Part shown: in pieces, positions 52,480-64,000 of the stretch | Numbering within the stretch: the stretch's first letter is position 1 | Layout of the letters: each line of letters opens with the position of its first letter | Assembly: GCF_018350175.1 (NCBI RefSeq) | Contig: NC_058379.1 | Coordinates: forward strand, 16,616,001 to 16,680,000 | Length of the DNA: 64,000 bases | Direction: 5' to 3' | Source: Felis catus | Taxonomy: Eukaryota | Translations under genes and position numbers: made by a program | Notes under the pieces: model-generated | Database searches by the model: none | What the model was told of the DNA's origin: nothing | What the model saw: only the letters and a program-made list of their open reading frames with translations

Positions 52480-53053
52480 TTTCCATATCAATTCTCCAAT
52501 TCTCCCACACCAACTCTGTGTCCAACAATTCAATTCAATTCTGACACTACCCAGAGTTAGTGCAGAACCCCACAGGTTAAGGGCTCAGCCCTGTAAGACT
52601 TATCTTTACTTTAGGAGAGGGCTGCAAATGGGGTTCTCAGTTTACCCACAATTTTTTTTCTGGCTGACTACAAATTTGAAGGCTCCAGCAGACTGAATGT
52701 TTATGTGCCCCCCAAATTCATATGTTGAAACCTGTCCCCCAGTGTGATAGGATTAGGAGGTGGGGCTTTGGAGAAATATTAGGTCATAAGGGTAGAACTC
52801 TCATGAATAGGAATATTCTCATGAATAGGCCCTTATAAGAGAGACCTNNNNNNNNNNNNNNNNNNNNNNNNNNNNNNNNNNNNNNNNNNNNNNNNNNNNN
52901 NNNNNNNNNNNNNNNNNNNNNNNNNNNNNNNNNNNNNNNNNNNNNNNNNNNNNNNNNNNNNNNNNNNNNNNNNNNNNNNNNNNNNNNNNNNNNNNNNNNN
53001 NNNNNCCATCCAGGTTCTGGTGTTCTGTTATGGCAGCCCAAGCGGACTGAAAC
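52480..53053. mobile_element. MER21-like LTR fragment (52480-52690) followed by MLT1-like MaLR LTR (52690-53053)
   Basis: ttcaattctgacactac...cccacaggttaagggctcag; ctgaatgtttatgtgcccccc aaattcatatgttgaa...gttatggcagccc. Confidence 0.7.
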
Positions 53054-53278
53054 AGGAGTCCCAGACCTGGAGATGGTTTTTAGAGCCAGGAAAATAGAGA
53101 CTATGAGAAGTGGCCCAAAGAGTGAGACCAGGGACACTCCTTCCTTCAGAGGTCAGGGACAAGGGGTGGAACAAATAGGTGAAGCTGAGGAGGAGCACCC
53201 AGGGAGATAAGAGAACTGTCAGAGTCCAGGGGGTCCTGGAACCTAAGCAAAGAATGAACTTCAGAAAGAAAGAAAGCA

Positions 53279-53495
53279 GGAGCGCCTGGGTGGCTCAGTC
53301 GGTTGAGCCTCTAACTTCGGCTCAGGTCATGATCTCGTGGTCTGTGGGTTTGAGCCCCGCGTCGGGCTCTGTGCTGACAGCTCAGAGCCTGGAGCCTGCT
53401 TCAGATTCTGTGTCTCCCTCTCTCTCTGCCCCTCCCCCGCTCATACTCTGTCTCTGTCAAAAAAAAAAAAATTAAAATTAAAAAAAAAAAAAGAA
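53279..53495 (+). mobile_element. Can-SINE
   Basis: Typical head, body and tail. Confidence 0.9.
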
Positions 53496-53734
53496 AGGAA
53501 GAAAGCAACTGTGACGAATACATCAATGAAAATGCTAAGAACGAGTCACCAGATTTAGCACATGGCGGTCACTGGGCACTTGATGAGCCGTTTTGGTGCA
53601 ATGAATGGAGGAGACAATGGACAATGGCAGATGGCTCAGTCCTTTCAGGTTGCTATAACAAAATACCACTCACTGGGTGACATGTAAACAACCAAAATTC
53701 ATTTCTCATAGTTCCGAATAGGAGATATTGAGAG

Positions 53735-54240
53735 AATAATCCTCCAGCCTTATCCGCGGTTTCACTTTCCACCATCTCTGTTACCCGCGGTCTCAGTTAC
53801 CCACGGTTAACTGAGGTCTGGAAGCAGATGATCCTCCTTCTAACTATACTCAGAAGGTCACTAGTAGCCTAACACTGTGTCACAATGCCTATGCCATCAC
53901 CTCAATTCATCCCATCACGTAGGCACTTTATCATATTATCCTCTCACATCGTCACAAGAAGGGGAGTCCGGTACAATAAGGTATTTCGAGAGAGATCATA
54001 TTGACACAACTTTTACTACAGTATATTGTTATAATCGTTCTATTTTATTATTGTTGTTAATTGTTAGCAGAGTCATTGTTGTTAATCTCTTACTCTGCCT
54101 GATTAGGAAATTAAAATTTATCATAGGCATGTCTGTATAGTAAAAACATAGTATATATCTAGGATTCTGTACCATCTGCAGTTTCAGGCATCCACTGGGG
54201 TCTTGGAATGCATCCCCCACAGATAAGGGGGGACTAATTA
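53735..54240. mobile_element. MER44/Tigger7-like TcMar DNA transposon
   Basis: TIR remnants ccttatccgcgg... and ...gataaggggggacta. Confidence 0.7.
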
Positions 54241-55729
54241 TATAGGTAACTCTTTGGAGCTGAATGGGGTGGTAGCTAGAGGAGAATGTATAGTTAAGAG
54301 AAAGGCATTTATGAAAGATGGAGAATGCTGCAGGATGTGTGTACACTAATAGGAATAATCTAGTAGATGGGAGAAATTAAATGATGCAGAATTTGACCAA
54401 CTAGCAATCACAGGACTGAGAGAAGATGGGCTCAGTGCCAGGGAGATGACTTTAGATAGGAGCACTCATGGTTCATGCCTGGTACCTGGAGGGGAGGCAG
54501 TACGTGCATACACCTGAGCGTGGGCAGGTGGAAATGGTGGGAACGTAGGGAAGTTAATTAAAAGAATGAAGCAGATTTATATGTCATGACATGGAAAACT
54601 CAGAAGCACCCCATTTTGGTAAAAAGAAGAAAAAAGGCTATTAAATACGTTTTTAAAAATCTAACTTTAACAGCTGTTATCTTTGAATTGCAAGATTACC
54701 AGGAATGTTCTTTCCCAGATTCTAAATTGCTGTGGTGTTTGACTCTCATACAATGAGTACCTATTGCTTCTGAAAGTAGAATAAAACAAAGATTATTTTT
54801 AACTTTGAAGGATGTTCATCAGAACAAAGCATTGTTACAATGCTGAGGAATTGAAACAACCCGAGTGTTCAATGATAAGAGCTTGTTTCAAAAAGTTATG
54901 GATGGAAAATAGTTATGGATGGACTATTGAGGATCTATGAAAAATTACGTTGTAGAAGTCTTCCAAGGGCATAAATAGCCTTTCAGAGTGAATGGTGGCC
55001 TCAGGACAGTCCATGTGTCTTCACCAGGCTCACAAGATGCCAAAGGTCTGGCTGCTGCCCCCTCTTCCATCTTCATGTCTCCCACTCCCCAGATCACTGC
55101 TCTGTAGCCATGTTGGCCTTCCTTCAGTTGCCAGTCTCCTTCGAGCCTTCAGGCCTTTGACTGTGCTATTCCTTCCACCTGAGAAGCTTCTGTACATCCC
55201 CTTCTGTACGTTCCTGTTTCTTTAGATTGCTCCTCAACTGTGGCTTCCCAGGAAAGCCTTCCTTGCCTCCCAGGCTTGGTCACAGCCCTCATTAACAGAA
55301 CTCATACTAGCCTACCTTCTCCGTCTTTGCATTTGTCACAACTACACTCACATTATCACATGCATCTTGTTCAACGTCCGCCTCCTCCACATATAAAATG
55401 TGAACACCATTAGGATGGAGTGATATCTGACTTACTTCCTTTCATGTCCCTAGTGCCTAGATGGGAAACTTGTACAAATAGGTATTCAATAAGTATCTGT
55501 TGAAAAAAGAGAATAAATGACTAAGGGCATGACAGGAACTCTCAATGTTTATCCTTTAAATGGCCAAAGCACTTAGGAAAAATTAATAGAGCGTCTCTTG
55601 GGCAGGTGCCTAGGGATATACATCTTTATACCTAGCACCTACCTTAGGGCCTGGCCCATGTTAAAAGCTCAGATAATGTGGCTAGCTGAATAAGCATAAC
55701 CTCTTCCATCTTCAAGTACTTCTCCCTCA

Positions 55730-56270
55730 GTGGTGATCTCATCCAGTCCCATGGCTTTAAATGTCATCTATAAGCTGACGACTCCCCAAATTATAGCACC
55801 AGCCTGGACCTCTTCCCAGAACTTATATATCCAACTACTTGTTTATCCAACTCTCCACTTATATATCCAACTACTTACTTATCCAACTCTCCACTTGGAA
55901 TGTCTAATAGGCATCTCAAACTTAACATGGCCAAAACAGCTTTTTGTTCCTGATTTGGCCAGCCTTCCCCAACCCAATCTATTCTTCTGGTTGCTTAAGC
56001 CACAAGTCTTAGAGTCATGCTTGACTCCTCTCTTCCCTCACACCTTGCATTCAATTAATCAGCAAATCTGTCAGCTCCACCCTCAGAATACATCCAGAAG
56101 TCAACCACCTCTCATCCTAACTCCTGCCTGGTTCAAGCCATCTGATGCCTGGCCTCTCTGCCTCCACTGGCTTCTGTACACTCTGTGCTCCACCCAGTAG
56201 CCAGGTCATCAAATCTTGGCTCAAATTGCACCTTATCAGAGAGTCCTTCCCAGAAACCTCTATTTAAAAT
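55730..56270 (+). mobile_element. L2 ORF2 (RT) remnant
   Basis: 55750-55785 translates HGFKCHL*ADDS, a decayed YADD RT motif (Tyr position is now TAA). Confidence 0.75.
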
Positions 56271-56279
56271 AAGACTCCT

Positions 56280-56500
56280 GGGGCACCTGGGTGGCTTAGT
56301 CGGTTGAGCATCCGACTTTGGCTGAGGTCATGATCTCACTGTTCCCGAGTTCGAGCCCTGCATCGGGCTCTGTGCTGACAGCTCAGAGCCTGGAGCCTGC
56401 TTTGGATTCTGTGTCTCCCTCTCTCTCTGCCCCTCCCCCACTCATGCTCTGTCTCTGTCTCAGAAATAAGTAAACATTTAAAAAAATAAATAAAATAAGA
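56280..56500 (+). mobile_element. Can-SINE
   Basis: Typical head; TSD aaataagactcct. Confidence 0.9.
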
Positions 56501-56654
56501 CTCCTCATCCTGTCACCCTTGGTTCTCTTGTTCTACTATATTATCCATTGCACTTGTCAGGGTATGACGTATTTTTGCTTCTTTATTATCTTTATTCTCC
56601 TGTTAGAATATAAGTTCCATGAAGAAGGGACTTTGTCCATTTTGTTCTCTTGTA

Positions 56655-57710
56655 CATTCCTAATAGGGTTCTGGTCACCAGTCACTATATATGGGGAGGA
56701 TGTTTTCCCTCACACCAACAAGCAATTCTCTGGACACCAGCTGGATGTTCTGTAGTTCAACTCAATTCTGACACTATCTACTTGGAGATAGCATTAGAAC
56801 CCACAGGTTAAGGGCTCAGTCCTCTAAGACTGCCGCACCCACCCCACTTCAGAAGCCAGTCTCAAGCCCAGGTTGTTACCTGTACTTCTGACTAACTGGC
56901 TATAAATCAGAGATTTCCACACCCCTCTCCTTGGGTTTGATTAATTTGCTCAAGCAACTCGCAGAAACCAGAGAAACATTTTATTTACTAGATCACCAGT
57001 TTATTATGAAAGGATATAACTCAGGAACAGCCAGATGGATGAGACACATAGGGCAAGGTATGGGGAGAGGGCTCAGAGCTTCCATGCCCTCTCCCGGCAT
57101 GCCATTCTCCCCGCATCTCCACGTGTTCACCAACCCAGAAACTCTCCAAACCCTGTCCTTCTAGGGTTTTATGGAGGCTTCATAACACAGGCATGATTGA
57201 CTAAATCACTGCCCATTAGTGATTGAACTCAACTTCCAGCCCCTCACCGCTCCCCTGGAGGTCAGAATGGAGCTGAAAGTTCCAACCTTCTGATCACGTG
57301 GTTGGCTCCAATGGCAATCAACTCTCCTTAAGTACTTTCCAAAAGTCACTTTATTAACATAAACAATAGAGAAGGACTTATTATGATAACAAGACACCCA
57401 TTTCACCCATTTCAGGAACTGAAACTAGAGACCAAATGTCATGACAAAAATGCTGCCATAGAGATGCAAACTGATTATTTACAAATAAAATGACAGAATA
57501 GCTGAGATTTGTTTAAAAAGAAAAAAAAAGCTACTGCCATTTCTGTAACTGCTCAGGAAATTCCAAGATTTTGGGAGCTGTGAGCCAGGAACCTGGTTGA
57601 AATATATATTTATATATTATTTATTTATATATGTAAAAATATACATATATATATAATTTATATATTATATATATATATATATTTCTCATTATAAATCACA
57701 ATATCATAAT
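56655..57710. mobile_element. MER21-like LTR, near full length
   Basis: ggacaccagctggatgttc...caattctgacactatctac...cccacaggttaagggctcagtcc...ggagctgtgagccaggaac. Confidence 0.7.
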
Positions 57711-58139
57711 CCTCAGCACCCTGAACAATGACTGACATCTAGTTCTTTCAAAAATCTCTCAGCAGTCAGGAATGAAGGTCTGAATGAACTCTTGAGTTCT
57801 GGAGAATCAACTTTTCTCCCAGTCAGTGAAAAAGAATGCAGATGCCAGAAATCAGATACCAGCTACCTGTCCCTTTGTCTGGGCCCTAGAATAATTGAGA
57901 TTTAACTCAGGCCACTTTGCATAGAATTAAAGAGTAACACTGAGGTCACTAGTGAGTCAGAGGGGGCTGTTAGCTCCTAGAGCAAACCTAGGTCCAGCTT
58001 CTTAGTGTTCTCTGGAGGGAACCTGTTCTGTAATTGTTGGATGTCTCATCCTTTCATCTGTAGTAGGCCTACCTGCCTTGTCTTTACATGGGGCTGTGAG
58101 TTTGGGATTTGTGACATTTGGACTCAGTCTAGGTTGTTT

Positions 58140-58350
58140 AGAACAACAGTTCTCAACTGGGGCCGTGTCACCCACCAGGGGACATTTGGTGCTGTCTACA
58201 GACATTTTTGGTTGACAGTGGGTATGAAGTGCACTTGGCATCCAGTAGGTAGAGGCTATGGATGCTGATAACATCCTCCAATGCACAGGATGGCCCCCTA
58301 ACAAAAAACTTTCTGGTCCAAAATGTTAGTGGAAAAATCCTGGTTTAGGG
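58140..58350. mobile_element. MER20-like DNA transposon
   Basis: cagttctcaactgggg...ggggacatttgg...ggcatccagtaggtagaggc...atgcacaggatggcccc. Confidence 0.7.
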
Positions 58351-59309
58351 TAACAATGATAATTGGTAGCTGGCATTGTTGACTTCTGCCGTGTGCCAAG
58401 TCTTGCACTGTATACTTTACACACACCATCTCAATCTCCAAATTGTTCCTAAGAAACAAGGACTATTGCAATCCCCATTTTACAAATGAGAAAACTGAAG
58501 CTCAGAGAGGTGGACTTACCTAAGATTACACACCTTAGAAAGGGTGGAGGAAGTTGAGGTGGGCTACTAGGCTTCTCTGGCTGGATGTTCCTGAATTTAT
58601 CTGCTGCCACCATGGACAGGAGACTGAGAAGTAAGCCTTCAGAGGGGTCTGTCCACTCAGTCAAGGCTTGGCTATTGGCCAGAGAGGAGATTTTTCTTCC
58701 CTGAGTTGTCCTAGCCTGCATGGCCTCACTCTCCCTGCACTGCAGTACAGTACTTGGCTCTAAAGCTCAGTTCCCCTGCCAGCCCCAGGCTAGTGCCAGC
58801 CCTTCTCCATGGGGAAGAAGCTTCTGGGTTCAAACCTAGGCCTTATGCACTCTCCAATGAAGCCCATCCTTTCTGGGCAGGAGTCCTTGAATCAACTCTG
58901 GGGGCTGCAAGGCCATATCTCACATGTCCTTTCAGGTAGGGAGGGCTAGGGCTGCTAGGTTGGTGACAGAACTGATCCAAGAAAGGGCTTGAGGTCCCAG
59001 AAAATCTCGGAAAGTAATTGTTGCACAGGACTGGGGATGGCGTAATCCTGGACCAGTGGCGGGTGGAGGTGGAGCAGGTAGTCACCCTTTCTAGCCTGTT
59101 TGTGTGAGGGTAGAGCTCCAAGCCCTGCAAGGAATCCCCCATCCTGCTTATGAACAATCCCAAAGGGCTTTCTGAAGGCCCTGGGAAAGTGTGGTGGCTA
59201 AAATACAAAGGTAGTTTTTCCAGAGAAGATCAAGACAGTCAAGGATCAATCTAGGGTCAAGTGTGAGAGGAAGCAATGCTGAATCAGTTTGAAATATCCA
59301 TCCCTTCCT

Positions 59310-59356
59310 TCCATCCATCCATCCATCCATCCATCCATCCATCCATCCATCCATCC
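59310..59356. repeat. (CATC)n microsatellite
   Basis: Directly visible. Confidence 0.95.
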
Positions 59357-61329
59357 AACATATATGTAGGGGGCTTCTGCCAGGAGCCAGGGATGCTTAA
59401 AAGTCTCCAGGAACACCCATCAGCTCATTTTGTCTGGGGAGGTGGGACAGCTCAGAGGTTCCATCTACCATATGTGACTGTGGAGTCAGACCCAGCTCTT
59501 TCATTTCTGAGCAGGGTGACCTCTGGCAAGGGACCTCACCTCTCTGACCCTCTTTCCTCCTATGTGTAATGGAGAGACCAGCAGTTCTTGATATCCTTGT
59601 CATAGAGTTGTGAAAACTCAGTGAGACAATGTGTCCCAAATGCCTGGCATATAGTAGGGTCTCAATACACAATAGCAATAGCTACCTTTNNNNNNNNNNN
59701 NNNNNNNNNNNNNNNNNNNNNNNNNNNNNNNNNNNNNNNNNNNNNNNNNNNNNNNNNNNNNNNNNNNNNNNNNNNNNNNNNNNNNNNNNNNNNNNNNNNN
59801 NNNNNNNNNNNNNNNNNNNNNNNNNNNNNNNNNNNNNNNNNNNNNNNNNNNAGAGAGCAAGGAAGCATGAGCAGGGAAGGGGAAAGGAGAGAGGGAGAGA
59901 ATCACAAGCAGGCTCCACGCTGTCTGCAGAGCCTGACTAGGGGCTTGATCTCACCAACCATGAGATCATGACCTGAAATCAAGAGTCAAGAGTTGAACAC
60001 TTAACTGAGCTACCTCTGTATGAATTATTTAATACAATCCTTACCACCACCTTATCATGAAGGTATTAACTCCATTTAAAAATCGGGAATGTGCCCCTCT
60101 CTAGAGGTTAACTAACTTGTAGGAGGATGCACAACTTAGGTTTTTCCTAGGCAGATCTGTCTGATCCCAAAGCCTATGTTTGTAGAAATTTTGCCTCCTG
60201 ATAATTGTGATTTCCCATGGTAGGAATAGAAAATGCATGTTTTCAGGTTTAGAAGGTTTTTCAAGCAAATTTAGCACCTAGAAGTGGAGTAGAGTGAGTT
60301 GCCCAGACTGGTGAAGCTCTGGAACGCCAGGTGGGCCAATTCAGTGGGATCTGGTGAGGGAATTGTGACATTCATTCCAGGAGTTTGGGTTATTCTAGGG
60401 CAGTTGTTCTTTATCTTCCTTGGGTTCTAAATCCCTTCATGCATCTGATGGAAACTATAGATCCTCTCACTGGAAAATGCCTATGAGCACAACACAAATT
60501 TTGTGCATAATTCTAGGGGGATTGTAAAACCCAACCATGGACCCCTTCTAAGAACCCTCCTCCACTAGGGCAGCACATCCCAAGTGTGGGACCATATCAC
60601 TAGTGGTCTCCAAGATCAGTTAAGCAATATGAGGACAAAATGTTTTATATTCAAATGTTTATTTTATAGTTACTTACCTTCCATTTATAACAAATGAGAC
60701 TGGTTTTCCATTTATGGTCATAACATACATTTGCCTTTTAAAACATACTTATTTAAGAAAATAAAAGTTTAATTAAAGAAAAATATGGAATAAATAGTAG
60801 TAGAGGTAGGGTGCAGGTTTGGCAAAAATCATGAAGGATGATTTCGAAAACTTCTCTGAGGTTTCTATTTGGTGGCGTCATAGTGGTTTTACTCTGGTGT
60901 CATCTGAACTTCCAGAGGACCCTGGAAATGACCTATTCTCAGGCTTTCTAAATCTGATCAGATGGTTCTGATCAAACAAGAATGTGGTTTGTTGAGTCTC
61001 TGCTATAATGAGTTGTCCCCTTCGTGCTGCCAATCAAAACTACACCAGATATCATCTTTGCGGGGCTCTAAGTATAGGCATTTTGGTGCTATATCCATTC
61101 ATTTATTCAGCATTCATTTAGCAAACATTATGTGCCAATTAGCAAGCATGCACCACACTCCACTCACTCCCAGAAAATATAAAATCCCCAGCACCCAAGG
61201 ACAAGCCAGTCTGTATGATGTGACAGAATACCAGATTTGGAATCAGACCAGGTTCCATAAGTAGCTCGCTATGTAATCATGAGCAGGTCCCTTTACTTCT
61301 GTAGTATCTTTTTTCCTGACCCTGTTTTT

Positions 61330-62350
61330 CCCCTCACCCCCAACACTAAGTACTTATTTTTCCATACCAATTCTTNNNNNNNNNNNNNNNNNNNNNNNNN
61401 NNNNNNNNNNNNNNNNNNNNNNNNNNNNNNNNNNNNNNNNNNNNNNNNNNNNNNNNNNNNNNNNNNNNNNNNNNNNNNNNNNNNNNNNNNNNNNNNNNNN
61501 NNNNGGCTTCCCAGGCTACCTTCACTTCACCCAGGAGACTAAAAATTTGGGGATTCCCATGACAGCTTCCTCAGGTGTGATAATTCTCTAGAACAACTCA
61601 CAAAATTCAAGAAAGCACTCTACTTACAGGAATAGCCAAATGGAGGCGAAGCATATTGGGGGTGGGAGTATTGCAGATTTCCACGCCCTCTCCAGGGGCA
61701 CCACCCTCACAGTACTTCAAGGTTTTGGAGCTTTTTTTTTTTTTTTTTTTTTTTTTTATTTAAATTTTTTTTTTCAACATTTATTTATTTTTGGGACAGA
61801 GAGAGACAGAGCATGAACGGGGGAGGGGCAGAGAGGGAGGGAGACACAGAATCGGAAACAGGCTCCAGGCTCTGAGCCATCAGCCCAGAGCCCGACGCGG
61901 GGCTGGAACTCCCGGACCGCGAGATCGTGACCTGGCTGAAGTCGGACGCTTAACCGACTGCGCCACCCAGGCGCCCCAAGGTTTTGGAGCTTTTATGGAG
62001 ATCTCATTATATAACATGGACACTGGAGATTCAATGTAATCTCCAGCCCCTCTCCCTTCCCGGGTGAGGAGATGGGGAGGGTCGGGGAAGGGGACATGAT
62101 TGGGGTGGGAACAGAAAGTTTCAAACCTCTAATAACAGGGTTGGTTCCTCTTGTGACTAGCTATCTAGATATTTGAAGCTATCCAGCACCCTCCTCACAA
62201 AGAGTCACCTCATTGGCATCAACTCAGGTATCAGTAGTTAATAGGGGCTCATTATGAATAACAAAAGATGCTCTTATCACTCAAAAAATTCTAAGGGTAT
62301 TTAGAGCTCTGTGTCAGGAATTCTAGACAAAGACTATGTTTATATATTAT
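61330..62350. mobile_element. MER21-like LTR remnant interrupted by a young SINEC_Fc-type SINE (61736-61977, minus)
   Basis: Shares motifs with the 56655-57710 copy; SINE has 17-bp TSD AAGGTTTTGGAGCTTTT (61719-61735, 61978-61994). Confidence 0.7.
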
Positions 62351-62429
62351 ACCTTCTCTGAGTCTCCTGAATACAAAAAGAGAGTATTCAACTAGATGAG
62401 AGGACCATAGGCCATATCTAGACTGCACT

Positions 62430-63615
62430 GTATTTTATTTTATTTTTTAATGTATATTTTGAGAGAGAGTGAGCAGGGAATGGGCAGAGTGAGAGAGAGA
62501 ATGAATCCCAAGCAGGCTCCATGCTGTCAGTATAGAGCCCAAAAAATATTAAAAAAAATTTTTTTTAATATTTTTTAAAATTTTATTTTAGGGAGAGAGA
62601 GCACAAGTGAGGGAAAGGGGGAGGGGGGGAGAGAGAGAGAGAGAGAGAGAGACTGACTCCTAAGCAGACTCATGCTGAGCCTGGAGCCCAAAGTGGAGCT
62701 CGATCCCATGACCCTGGGACTATGACCTGAGCCAAAATCAAGAGTGGGACGCTCAACTGACTGAGCCACCCAGGTACACTAAAAACAATATTTATCACAA
62801 AAATAATCCAGGTCTCTGATCTCTCTTGAAAATCAGAAGATTTAGCGTCACTGGGGCAGCATTCCCAAATGGCAGTATCTGCCTCACACCTTTGAAAGGG
62901 TTTTTCTATTTGTCATAGTTCCTACCACTCCCACCTACCTCACCTCACTAAGAGTTAGTGGCTGGGCCCCTGCATTCTGAAGTCCCTTCAAACCCCAAAC
63001 CTATGATACTAGAAGGTTTAGGTTACTATTGACTAGAAGCTCCTTGAGGATGGGAATGTAACTGATTCTAGGCACATATTTGAAGCATCCTTACTGCACA
63101 GTACATTTCTCTGATAATTAGGGGATACCTCACTGTGGGATGAATAGATAGGAAATAAGAAATAACTCTGCAAAAGTAAGTGCTAAAGGAATGAAAAAGG
63201 CAGCAAGGCTTTTGGTTCCTAGAAACCTAGGAGTTTCTAGGGGTTAAGCATAGCCCAGGAAGGCAAGGGTCTCTGGTAGTACCCTACTTTCCAATTTAAA
63301 ATAATTAGAGTCAAGAGCTGGTTGAGATGAGTGGTACAAACACAGGAGATGCTAGGGAAGGCAGGTGCTACAAATGGAGGGAAAGTTATAGGCATTTATT
63401 AAAGAAAATCCTACTCTCTGTTAGAAAACTTTAGGAACACCTGTGTGACTCAGTCGGTTAAGTGTCCGGCTCTTGATTTAGGCTCAGGTCATGATCTTAT
63501 GGTTTGTGGGATTGAGCCCCTAGTCAGACTCCTTGCTGACAGTGTGGAGCCTGCTTGGGATTCTCTCTCTTCCTCTCTCTTTCTCAAAATAAAAAAATAA
63601 ACTTGAAAAAATAAA
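62430..63615. mobile_element. Can-SINEs (truncated 62430-62540 -, 62577-62778 -, 63435-63615 +)
   Basis: Typical heads and tails. Confidence 0.8.
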
Positions 63616-64000
63616 ATTTTAACATTATCCCATTTCAAACTCCTTATCTTCAAAGTTACAAATAAGAAAAAGGCAGATTGTCTACTCAGCTAACTATAAC
63701 ACTGAAGTTAAGAGAATGGATTTTAGGTCATCCAGACCTAGAACTTATTAACAATGTGACCTTGAGAAAATCAACTTCCTAATCTATTAAATGGGGATAT
63801 AAGACCTGGCAATTTTAATTCCACACATATTTAATTCAATGCATACTATATATTCAATGCAGACATTGAATTAGATGCTGAAGATACAGCAGTGAACAAG
63901 ACAGGGATGGAGAGACAATAACCAAGCAAATAAATACATGAGATAATTCTTCTGAAGGAATAAATGCAACAAGTACAATGGAGTAAAAATAAGCGTTGTA

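Noticed and set aside
58606-58704. Perfect Kozak GCCACCATGG with a 30-aa ORF; also resembles part of an RE1/REST site
   Set aside because: No promoter or homology evidence; the RE1 left half (TCAG) is missing.

Overview
Mammalian genomic DNA, most likely a cat-family (Felidae) genome given the young SINEC_Fc-type Can-SINEs and an L1_Fc-type 3' end. It is a draft assembly with many N gaps. The window holds the conserved COX6A1(+)/TRIAP1(-)/GATC(+)/SRSF9(-) cluster at about 18.1-42.3 kb. I reconstructed complete spliced CDSs by hand for COX6A1 (3 exons, 109 aa), TRIAP1 (2 exons, 76 aa) and GATC (4 exons, 136 aa). SRSF9 exons 2 and 3 are visible; exons 1 and 4 fall in N gaps. The flanks (1-18 kb, 42.5-64 kb) are intergenic and dominated by SINEs, L2/MIR, DNA transposons and LTRs. 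Almost all ORF-track entries outside the exons are repeat-derived or spurious. I found no wholly new gene system. The best leads are a candidate 59-nt poison (NMD) exon in SRSF9 intron 2, phase compatibility for an in-frame COX6A1-GATC readthrough protein, a 99-bp TRIAP1/GATC bidirectional promoter, and a CTCF-like motif next to a consensus Pol III B-box at the SRSF9 promoter. Repeat family names come from recognising consensus motifs and were not confirmed by search. Repeat boundaries are approximate unless TSDs are given.
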